Assembly (NCBI GenBank): GCA_050179935.1
Contig: JBFXEQ010000008.1
Location: forward strand, 30,905 to 94,904
Direction: 5' to 3'
From: Bacteroidales bacterium
Lineage (GTDB): Bacteria; Bacteroidota; Bacteroidia; Bacteroidales; UBA12077
DNA: 64,000 bases
Shown: one piece after another, positions 58,001 through 64,000 of the stretch
Layout: each line of letters begins with the position of its first letter
Numbering within the stretch: position 1 is the first letter of the stretch
Translations under genes and position numbers: made by a program
The notes under the pieces: model-generated
Databases searched by the model: none
Seen by the model: the letters and a program-made list of their open reading frames with translations, nothing else
Told to the model about the DNA's origin: nothing

Positions 58001-58910
58001 TTTCCATAAAGGAGCTTTTTATTTGGCAGAAATGCTGAATCTCGATATTGTACCAATAATATTCCACGGAACTGGTTATTGCATGACCAAAGGAGATGAT
58101 TTACTGGTTAAAAACGGAACTATATATGTTCGATACCTTGATAGAATTACTCCCGAGAATAAAGATTACGGATCAACCTATTCTGAAAGAGCCAAACAGA
58201 TTAGTAAATACATGAAAAACGTTTACAATCAGATGCGTTCTGAAATTGAAGATACAGGGTATTATCGCGATAAACTGATAAAAAACTACATATATAAAGG
58301 ACCTGTTCTTGAGTGGTATTTAAAAGTTAAGCTGAAACTCGAGAACAATTATGAGCTGTTTAATAAGCTAATACCCCGAAAAGGTAAAATTTATGACATT
58401 GGTTGTGGTTATGGATATATGTCGTATATTCTTCATTTTGTTTCAGAAGAGAGAATTATTAAAGGTATTGATTACGACGAAGAAAAAGTTTTAGTTGCTA
58501 ACAATTGCCCCTCAAAAAATGAAAAGATAAACTTCGAAAGTGCTGATATTACGAAATACCAATTCGAGCCAGCGGATGTTTTTCTGTTAAGTGATGTGTT
58601 GCATTACATCCCCAAACAAAAGCAAGAGGAGCTTATCGATAGAATGGTAAATAATTTGAATGATAATGGAATGATCATTATTCGAGACGCAAACACAAAT
58701 CTTAAAAAACGACATAAGGGAACAAAATTTACGGAGATTTTCTCAACAAAAATTCTAGGTTTTAATAAAACAGCCGATGAATCGAAACAGTTGTATTTTG
58801 TTTCAGAAGATAGAATCAGGAGTATATTCAGCAAGTACAACCTAAATGTAGAAGTAATTGATGAAACAAAGCATACTTCGAATGTTTTGTATGTAATTAG
58901 AAAAATATAA
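55050..58910 (+). CDS. Triple-fusion protein: MMPL/RND-like exporter + PlsC-type acyltransferase + class-I SAM methyltransferase
   Basis: 1286 aa. Residues ~1-800 form two 5-6-TM bundles separated by soluble loops (MMPL layout). VICNHQSHIDL (HX4D) and YPEGTRS are the PlsC motifs I/III. IYDIGCGYGYMS is SAM motif I, and LLSDVLHY follows near the C-terminus. Confidence 0.8.
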   Translation: MSEIITSLFDRIQKSRIIFILLMLGILGLSVFFASKIRFEEDITKMLPSDKQIAKINLVSQNLNFADKLIVSLSLSDTNSLAAPEKLINIADQLYNGLTALQPDYVSEITYSVSENVISDLYDIYLNNLPVFLDKDDYIKIDSLLSQSAIDNAIKNNYKTLISPASMVMKQFVVKDPLHLTPIALNRLSSFQVDENHTIYQGKVFTKDHKNLTLFLTTTYPSSETNKNGVLIQKLDQIIDSLNVSYQNEYKIQYYGAAAVAVGNANRIKTDISVTLSIAIIGLIIFLSLFFRKKSIFFLIFLPALLGGTVAVAAMFLIKGKVSVISLAFGSVLLGITVDFSLHLFAHLKSIGSIRKVIKDIALPVMVSSSTTAFAFLCLLFVSSRALQDMGLFAAIAVFLAALFSITVLPQLIRYNPNDNYERPPKNYIERFTSYQFEKNKYVLFFIVAFTVVSLFFTSKPTFENELDNMNYMSDKLKQAEKNLNKTSQVTLKSVYLVSYGTNLQEALENSEKTLPTLDSLKQQKIINQYTSVSSILISESLQKERIDRWNNFWTQEKKNEIRNNIIKSGLEVKFKQDAFNSFFELLDKDFQPIQIDQLGNLYPLFVKDYVTIHDSITTVVNILKTEENLKPTVYSSFENQENNIVFDKKYMTNSLVKALKDDLSLLVNLSLLVVFAILLLSFGRIELAIITIIPMIISWIWTLGIMGMFNIHFTIFNIVISTFIFGLGDDYSIFIMRGLLQEYKYGEKNVESFKTSILLSVITTLVGIGVLIFAKHPALRSIALLSIIGIVSVIVISYTLIPFIVNHFLLTRKNKAKVAYSLQEVINSSIAWTIFIGTSILVTIFGFILFKVLRLKNNWAKIIFNKSIVASSAFLFYGMFNIRKKIINPTKEKLKKPAIVICNHQSHIDLVYNLQISSKLIVLTNDWVQNSKIYGKIVQMADFYPVSEGYENLLPRLREKVNEGYSILVYPEGTRSADLKMKRFHKGAFYLAEMLNLDIVPIIFHGTGYCMTKGDDLLVKNGTIYVRYLDRITPENKDYGSTYSERAKQISKYMKNVYNQMRSEIEDTGYYRDKLIKNYIYKGPVLEWYLKVKLKLENNYELFNKLIPRKGKIYDIGCGYGYMSYILHFVSEERIIKGIDYDEEKVLVANNCPSKNEKINFESADITKYQFEPADVFLLSDVLHYIPKQKQEELIDRMVNNLNDNGMIIIRDANTNLKKRHKGTKFTEIFSTKILGFNKTADESKQLYFVSEDRIRSIFSKYNLNVEVIDETKHTSNVLYVIRKI

Positions 58911-58913
58911 TTG

Positions 58914-59010
58914 TTCTTCCCTTTACCCCTATGGTTCCCTCAATAGGACACATAACTTTGAACAAATTTTATTCTCCCTTGAGGGAGATACCCGAAGGGT
59001 AGAGGGTGAA
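58914..59010. repeat. GC-enriched imperfect inverted repeat with competing local hairpin
   Basis: ccctttaccc (58919-58928) pairs with gggtagaggg (58997-59006). tccctcaa (58936-58943) pairs with ttgaggga (58979-58986). The local hairpin tctccc (58973-58978) / gggaga (58983-58988) uses the same bases. Confidence 0.45.
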
Positions 59011-59035
59011 AAAAGAAATATTGAAATAACAAAAT

Positions 59036-60529
59036 ATGCCCAAATACGATGTTGTAATTATAGGAAGCGGATTAGGAGGATTACTTTGCGGAGCAATACT
59101 TAGCAAAGAAGGCAAATCTGTATGCATTCTCGAAAAGCATCATCAGTTTGGCGGTAACCTGCAAACTTTTAAGCGTGATGGTAAAATATTCGATACCGGA
59201 TTTCATTATATCGGCGGGTTAAACAAAGGACAAAACCTTTATCAGTATTGGGATTATATTGGAATTATTGATAAACTTAAGCTCAAACGATTAGACACTG
59301 ATTGCTTTGACAGAATTGGGTTTAATACTCAGGAATATTGCTTTGCACAAGGATTTGACAACTTTATCGAAAATTTATTATTTAAATTTCCTTCAGAAAA
59401 AAATGCATTAACCATTTACAAATCTAAAATAAAGGAAGTTTGTAATCATTTTCCACTTTACAATCTTCAGCAGCCCAATAATATAAGCTCAGAACAGCAA
59501 TACCTGGAAACCAGTATTGGTGATTTTTTGGCATCGATAACCACCAATAAAACTTTACAACATGTACTTGCCGGAAACAATATGTTGTATGCCGGATCAC
59601 CAGAAAAAACATCACTTGGAATCCACGCGCTAATCGAGAACTCTTTTATCGATGGAGGGGCGTATCGTTTTATTGATGGAAGTTCACAAATAACTGATCA
59701 TCTGGTAAATATAATAAAAAAAAATGGAGGGGTTTTAAAAAGGAATAGCGAAGTGATCAATTTTACAAATAAAAATGATCAACTCTGTTCTGCTCAGCTT
59801 AAAAATGGAGAACAAATTGAAGGACAAAAATTTATATCAGCAATTTCGCCCTATTCAACTCTTAATATGATTGATTCAGATTTAATCCGAAAACCATATC
59901 GTGACCGAATAAATGGCTTGAAAGAAACCATTTCTGCGTTTATTTTATATGTATCATTTAAACCAGATACATTTAACTTTTTAAACTATAATTATTATCA
60001 CCATAATCAAAATTCGGTTTGGACAATCAATGAATATGATGCTGATAAATGGCCTCAGAACTATTTGTTTTTAACTCCCCCATCTGCTGTTTCAGAAGAA
60101 TACGCTCAAACAGCTACAGCCCTAACTTACATGAAATTTGATGAACTAAATGCATGGGAGAGCACAAAAACAGGACGCCGTGGTGCAGATTATGATGATT
60201 TTAAACAACAAAAAGCAGAAAAACTAATCCTCGAAATTGATAAAAAGTTCCCTGGTTTTAAAAACAGTATTCAAAACTATTACACTTCCACGCCCCTAAG
60301 CTATCGCGACTACACGGGAACACGATTTGGTTCGTTGTATGGAATTGAGCATGACTGCCGCAATGCATTAAAAACATCAATTCTGGTGCGAACCAAGATA
60401 CCTAATTTATTATTAACCGGACAGAATATTAACCTGCACGGTGCGTTAGGAGTAACTGTTGGATCGGTTATGACTTGCTCCGAAATACTTGGTACAGATT
60501 ATTTATTACAAAAAATCAATAATGCATAA
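59036..60529 (+). CDS. FAD-dependent oxidoreductase of the phytoene-desaturase (CrtI-like) family
   Basis: 497 aa. YDVVIIGSGLGGLLCGAILSKEGKSVCILEKHHQFGGN is the dinucleotide-binding motif, and the C-terminus reads LLLTGQNINLHGALG. Confidence 0.8.
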   Translation: MPKYDVVIIGSGLGGLLCGAILSKEGKSVCILEKHHQFGGNLQTFKRDGKIFDTGFHYIGGLNKGQNLYQYWDYIGIIDKLKLKRLDTDCFDRIGFNTQEYCFAQGFDNFIENLLFKFPSEKNALTIYKSKIKEVCNHFPLYNLQQPNNISSEQQYLETSIGDFLASITTNKTLQHVLAGNNMLYAGSPEKTSLGIHALIENSFIDGGAYRFIDGSSQITDHLVNIIKKNGGVLKRNSEVINFTNKNDQLCSAQLKNGEQIEGQKFISAISPYSTLNMIDSDLIRKPYRDRINGLKETISAFILYVSFKPDTFNFLNYNYYHHNQNSVWTINEYDADKWPQNYLFLTPPSAVSEEYAQTATALTYMKFDELNAWESTKTGRRGADYDDFKQQKAEKLILEIDKKFPGFKNSIQNYYTSTPLSYRDYTGTRFGSLYGIEHDCRNALKTSILVRTKIPNLLLTGQNINLHGALGVTVGSVMTCSEILGTDYLLQKINNA

Positions 60530-62210
60530 ACTAAAAAGAATAGGTAAAATCCTGATAAAATCCTTAGCTATTTTAGCTTTGGTAATAATTATACTAATGG
60601 TTGCTTTTAAGTTAATAACAAGGCTTAATACACCAGAAATAACCAATAACGAAATCGAGAACTTACAGGTAACGCAAATCGATTCATCATTTTATTTTAT
60701 AAAGAATAACTGGCTACAGAAAAACGATCATGGTTTATGGGAGATGTATATCGAGGGTGAAGCTTACGAAAGAGGCATTATCAATGGAAAACTAACTAAA
60801 AAACTGATTGAAAAGCAGGAGAATGCATTTATAAACCAAATTAAAGTTATGATTCCTTCAGAGTCGTATCTTAAATTTTTAAAAAACTTCCTTGCATTCT
60901 TTAATCGCAATATTGATAAGCATGTTATTCCAGAATATTTAAATGAGATTTATGGAATCTCGCAATCAGCATCGGAACAATTCAATTTTATTGGATCTAA
61001 TTACCATCGAATTTTAAATTATCATGCTGCGCACGATATTGGTCATGCTTTGCAAAACATGAATCTTGTTGCATGTACCGCTTTTGCAGGATGGGATTCA
61101 AATTCCGAGGATAGTTCGCTAATTATTGGACGCAATTTCGATTTTTATGTGGGTGATGAGTTTGCCGAGGATAAAATAATTATGTTTTGCAATCCGGAAA
61201 ATGGCTACAAGTTTATGATCATAACCTGGGGCGGAATGATTGGAGCCACATCAGGAATGAACGATCAAGGGTTAACAGTAACATTAAATGCTTCAAAATC
61301 ATCCATCCCATTTGGAGCAGCAACACCAATTTCTTTAGTTGCCCGAGAAATTTTACAGTACGCCTCAACTATTGATGAAGCATATGAGATAGCTAAAAAA
61401 CGAAAAACATTTGTGTCCGAATCGTTATTTATTGGATCGGCAAAAGATGAAAAAACAGCTATAATTGAGAAATCACCCGATAAACAAGCTCTATTCGAAA
61501 CAAATACTGATTTTATAATTTGCAGTAATCATTTTCAGAACAAAGATATGACTCATCCTGAATTATTAAATGCTGACACATCTGATTATGCCACACTTTA
61601 CCGATTTAAGCGTGTAAATGAGTTATTCGAACAAAACCCAAAACTGAATATTCATAAAGTTGTTCAAATCTTGAGAAATCAAAATGGTTTAAACAATAAA
61701 AATATCGGGATGGGAAACGAAAAGGCTGTTAACCAACTAATTGCACACCATGCTGTTATATTTAAACCTGAAGAGCTAAAAGTTTGGGTTTCAACATCGC
61801 CATTTCAACTGGGTGAGTTTGTATGTTACGATCTGAAAAAGGTATTTGAAAATGCAGAATCAATAAAATCCATTCAAGTTATAAACGAAGAGAATTTAAC
61901 CATACCGGCCGATTCGTTTTTATTTTCAAATGATTATCAAAAATTTAACCGATTTAAAGAGATACGAAATCAAATTCAGGCTGCCATAAAATCAAACCAA
62001 AAGATTATCGACGAAGATTATCTTTTTAATGAGATTATTGAACTTAATCCAGAGTTTTTCGAGACCTATGTTTATTTGGGCGATTATTTCTCCCATTTTA
62101 GCATAACTGACAAAGCTGCTCTGGCCTATAAAAAATCGCTTACAAAAGAAATCCCGAATATTTATCAGGCTGAAAATATAAAATCAAAACTCAACAACTT
62201 AACCAAATAG
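60522..62210 (+). CDS. C45-family (acyl-CoA:6-aminopenicillanic-acid acyltransferase-like) Ntn protein with N-terminal TM anchor
   Basis: VACTAFAGW is the candidate Cys nucleophile. SLIIGRNFDF and GMIGATSGMNDQGLTVTLN are typical C45 motifs. The start is set at the ATG 60522 (MHKLKRIGK...), overlapping the upstream stop by 8 nt. Confidence 0.65.
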   Translation: MHKLKRIGKILIKSLAILALVIIILMVAFKLITRLNTPEITNNEIENLQVTQIDSSFYFIKNNWLQKNDHGLWEMYIEGEAYERGIINGKLTKKLIEKQENAFINQIKVMIPSESYLKFLKNFLAFFNRNIDKHVIPEYLNEIYGISQSASEQFNFIGSNYHRILNYHAAHDIGHALQNMNLVACTAFAGWDSNSEDSSLIIGRNFDFYVGDEFAEDKIIMFCNPENGYKFMIITWGGMIGATSGMNDQGLTVTLNASKSSIPFGAATPISLVAREILQYASTIDEAYEIAKKRKTFVSESLFIGSAKDEKTAIIEKSPDKQALFETNTDFIICSNHFQNKDMTHPELLNADTSDYATLYRFKRVNELFEQNPKLNIHKVVQILRNQNGLNNKNIGMGNEKAVNQLIAHHAVIFKPEELKVWVSTSPFQLGEFVCYDLKKVFENAESIKSIQVINEENLTIPADSFLFSNDYQKFNRFKEIRNQIQAAIKSNQKIIDEDYLFNEIIELNPEFFETYVYLGDYFSHFSITDKAALAYKKSLTKEIPNIYQAENIKSKLNNLTK

Positions 62211-62252
62211 TTTTTTGCTTAAGTTGTCATTATTTTTTCATTATAAATAGCT

Positions 62253-62260
62253 TACTTTTG
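62253..62260 (+). promoter_or_regulatory. -7 promoter box (TACTTTTG)
   Basis: Exact TAnnTTTG match, 23 nt upstream of the ATG at 62283. Confidence 0.3.
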
Positions 62261-62282
62261 CAAGCATTCAAAACACATAACT

Positions 62283-63170
62283 ATGAAAATCAGACTTTTA
62301 ATTCAGGTACTAATTTTTGCCATATTGCTACAATCGTGTAAAAGCAGTTCATTTGTTTCAAAAATTTCAGAAGAAGCCGAAATAGCTTATAAAGCAGGTG
62401 ATTATGAGAAAGCCCTTGCTGTTTGTGAAAAAGAAATAACCGAAAAAGAAGCCAAGGGCAAAAGGGCAATAGGTCCTGTGTATGTTGGAGCTGGCAAAGC
62501 CTCACTCGAATTAAATCAAATAGATAAAGCACGAAAATACCTCGAAACAGCCAGAAGCTTAAGTTACTCATCACCTGATATGTATGAGTCACTTGCCCAG
62601 GTTTACCAAAGCATTGATAATCTTTCAAAAGAAATAACTGCTCTCGAAAATTATAAAAAGTTTTATCCACAAGGAGAAAAAACGACGACTATAAACATTC
62701 GTCTATTTGAAACTTATATTGAAAGTGAAAATTGGGAGCTAGCAAATAAATTATGGCCTGAGATTGAGCCGCAAGCTCAAAATGAAGTTAAGCTATTAAG
62801 TGGATATCTTCTGGTAAACAAGAAACTCGAAAACAATGCTGGCTGCGATAAATTGGCTCAGCAGGTATTAAAATTAGATGCTTCAAATATTACTGCACTT
62901 GAATGGTACGCAGAAAAATATTACTGGAAAGCTGAAAATTTGTATCTCTCAGAGATGAAAGCCTACAAAGCAAAAAGAACAAATAGCCAATACAGCAGAT
63001 TACTTAAAGCGTTGGAACAGGTTTATCCTGATTTTAGAAAATCGCGCGATTATTATTTAAAACTATATAAAATAGACCCTAAAAAGGAATATGCAAATTT
63101 TTTAGGCAATATTTTTACCCGATTAGATGATAAAACGAAGGCCGAATATTATTACAAAAAAGCGAAGTAA
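62283..63170 (+). CDS. TPR-like lipoprotein
   Basis: 295 aa. It has a signal peptide with lipobox LLQSC and helical repeats with a TPR-like A/Y/L spacing. Confidence 0.65.
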   Translation: MKIRLLIQVLIFAILLQSCKSSSFVSKISEEAEIAYKAGDYEKALAVCEKEITEKEAKGKRAIGPVYVGAGKASLELNQIDKARKYLETARSLSYSSPDMYESLAQVYQSIDNLSKEITALENYKKFYPQGEKTTTINIRLFETYIESENWELANKLWPEIEPQAQNEVKLLSGYLLVNKKLENNAGCDKLAQQVLKLDASNITALEWYAEKYYWKAENLYLSEMKAYKAKRTNSQYSRLLKALEQVYPDFRKSRDYYLKLYKIDPKKEYANFLGNIFTRLDDKTKAEYYYKKAK

Positions 63171-63180
63171 TTTAAGCTTG

Positions 63181-63360
63181 GTTAACTGGTGAATTTGTAA
63201 AAAGGTGAACTGGTAAATTAGTTTAATTGTAATCTTGTTAACATTAAACTAATAAACTAACAAACTAATAAACAAGTAAACTGTTGAATAAGTTCTTCAA
63301 AACACGAAATGCGAAATGCGAAACACGAAATACGAAACACGAAACTAAATTCCAGTTCAC
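63181..63360. repeat. Inverted-repeat-bounded block of tandem octamers and heptamers
   Basis: gtgaactgg (63205-63213) is the perfect reverse complement of ccagttcac (63352-63360). Between them lie 5 tandem octamers YAAACTAA-like (63245-63283) and 6 tandem heptamers AYRCGAA (63302-63343). Confidence 0.6.
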
Positions 63361-63405
63361 AGCAAAAATATTTTCAGTTTGTACCCGCTTTTAAGTTTTA
63401 GATAG

Positions 63406-63413
63406 TAAATTTG
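63406..63413 (+). promoter_or_regulatory. -7 promoter box (TAAATTTG)
   Basis: Exact TAnnTTTG match, 22 nt upstream of the ATG at 63435. Confidence 0.3.
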
Positions 63414-63434
63414 AAGCTTGTTAAAAAACAACAC

Positions 63435-64000
63435 ATGAAATCTTTTCCCGAAGAAATTGACTTTAAGTCAACAGAAGAAATTAAAAAGTACCAGGAAGAA
63501 AAACTACAGGAACTACTCGAATATGTAAATAACAACTCAGCATTTTATTCCGAACTTTTTAAAAAGAACGACATTAAAGTACCTGAAATTAAAACACTTA
63601 ACGATCTTCGTAAGCTACCCTTTACCTCAAAAGATGATTTATATTTAAGAAACGATGATTTTTTGTGTGTTAGTCGCAACAAGATCGTTGACTATATTAC
63701 AACCTCAGGTACATTAGGTGATCCGGTTACTTTTGCGATGACCGATTCTGATCTTGAACGATTAGCTTATAATGAATGTAAATCATTTAAAATATCGGAT
63801 GGCAAACCTGAAGATATTTACCAGCTTATGGTTACACTTGATCGTAGGTTTATGGCTGGGTTAGCTTATTTTCTAGGAATTAAAAAACTTGGAGCAGGCA
63901 TGGTTCGTGTTGGAAACGGAATGATAGAACTGCAATGGGATACTATTAAACGTATAAAGCCAAACGCACTCGTTGCTGTTCCATCGTTTATTCTTAAACT
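63435..64000 (+). CDS. Phenylacetate-CoA ligase (PaaK)-like adenylate-forming enzyme, N-terminal part (runs off window)
   Basis: The frame is open from the ATG 63435 to the window end. LPFTSKDDL, YITTSGTLGDPV (the TSGTTG-type P-loop) and IKPNALVAVPSFILK match the PaaK / coenzyme F390 synthetase-like family. It is not in the ORF track because no stop lies in the window. Confidence 0.75.
   Translation, partial: MKSFPEEIDFKSTEEIKKYQEEKLQELLEYVNNNSAFYSELFKKNDIKVPEIKTLNDLRKLPFTSKDDLYLRNDDFLCVSRNKIVDYITTSGTLGDPVTFAMTDSDLERLAYNECKSFKISDGKPEDIYQLMVTLDRRFMAGLAYFLGIKKLGAGMVRVGNGMIELQWDTIKRIKPNALVAVPSFILK

Noticed and set aside
2762-62670. About 50 short ORFs (60-126 aa) in the supplied track that lie antisense to, or out of frame within, longer genes. 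Examples: 2762-3001, 3580-3813, 6866-7048, 7148-7381, 7905-8183, 8098-8289, 9780-9989, 13185-13412, 14238-14468, 16140-16322, 17219-17488, 18112-18312, 20188-20376, 21732-21980, 22772-22978, 23944-24201, 23976-24257, 25164-25358, 27310-27717, 28423-28605, 29572-29904, 31026-31265, 31882-32073, 32542-32748, 34847-35053, 35251-35628, 37588-37830, 37861-38076, 38260-38526, 39222-39446, 39949-40256, 40543-40731, 41432-41641, 42128-42436, 43274-43468, 47640-47855, 48536-49541, 50637-50822, 51327-51509, 52005-52238, 54020-54313, 54703-55213, 56087-56763, 57823-58056, 58604-58840, 59424-59615, 61187-61375 and 62290-62670.
   Set aside because: Each is fully overlapped by a longer ORF with clear family motifs. 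Their translations are low-complexity (Ser/Ile/Phe/Leu/Lys-rich), as expected for non-coding frames of AT-rich DNA. None has its own promoter box or ribosome-site context.
63245-63343. CRISPR array.
   Set aside because: The repeats are 7-8 nt, directly abutting, with no unique spacers and no cas genes anywhere in the window.
1-64000. Phage-defence, toxin-antitoxin or restriction-modification systems, and prophage genes.
   Set aside because: No nuclease, helicase, DNA methyltransferase, reverse transcriptase, STAND/AAA+ defence ATPase, TIR/SIR2 or small toxin-antitoxin pair motifs were recognised. The only AAA+ protein is canonical ClpB and the only methyltransferase domain is fused to the lipid exporter.

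Overview
AT-rich bacterial chromosomal segment, probably Bacteroidota. Supporting signs are repeated TAnnTTTG -7 promoter boxes 20-80 nt upstream of starts, serC-serA-DUF1015 synteny, a four-helix-bundle (23S-IVS-type) gene, and a flexirubin/aryl-polyene (APE)-type gene set. All calls come from reading the supplied translations and DNA for family motifs; no database search was run.

Positions 1-22.3 kb are mostly housekeeping: DHOD-like, yggS, DUF1015, serA, serC, comB-like, gcvT, OmpA/TPR envelope proteins, Hpt+STAS, clpB, RNase HI, flavin reductase, a TonB-dependent-receptor-like protein, a B12-radical-SAM enzyme and a SOR-like periplasmic protein.

Positions 22.3-64 kb form one very large, tightly packed lipid/pigment biosynthetic supercluster built around a divergent 380-bp promoter region (28508-28887).

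- Plus arm: a recognisable APE/flexirubin-type type-II FAS/PKS system. It has an MIO ammonia-lyase, FabG, 3 active ketosynthases plus a Cys-less CLF-like partner, 2 ACPs, 2 hotdog dehydratases, a thioesterase, an LPLAT acyltransferase, a NodB deacetylase, a LolA-like protein, GT2, an MMPL exporter, a CrtI-like oxidoreductase, a C45 acyltransferase-like protein and a PaaK-like ligase. It has no enoyl reductase.
- Minus arm (22310-28507): the most unusual part. It is a 9-gene operon with its own FabD-like acyltransferase, AcpS-type PPTase, two further ACPs, a B12-radical-SAM enzyme, a sulfotransferase, an unknown 122-aa protein, and a small HTH-like protein plus BtrH-like protein pair. That pair is duplicated in the plus arm.

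Other notable items:
- a 1286-aa MMPL-PlsC-methyltransferase triple fusion
- a MarR-TolC-MFP-RND module apparently inserted into the cluster, with matching palindromic operators
- a TetR gene frameshifted in a T5A6 run
- two GC-enriched structured or MITE-like intergenic elements
- a family of short-period (7-8 nt) tandem-repeat hairpins, one of which encloses the four-helix-bundle gene inside the serC-serA operon

No rRNA, tRNA, CRISPR array, transposase, integrase or recognisable defence system was seen.
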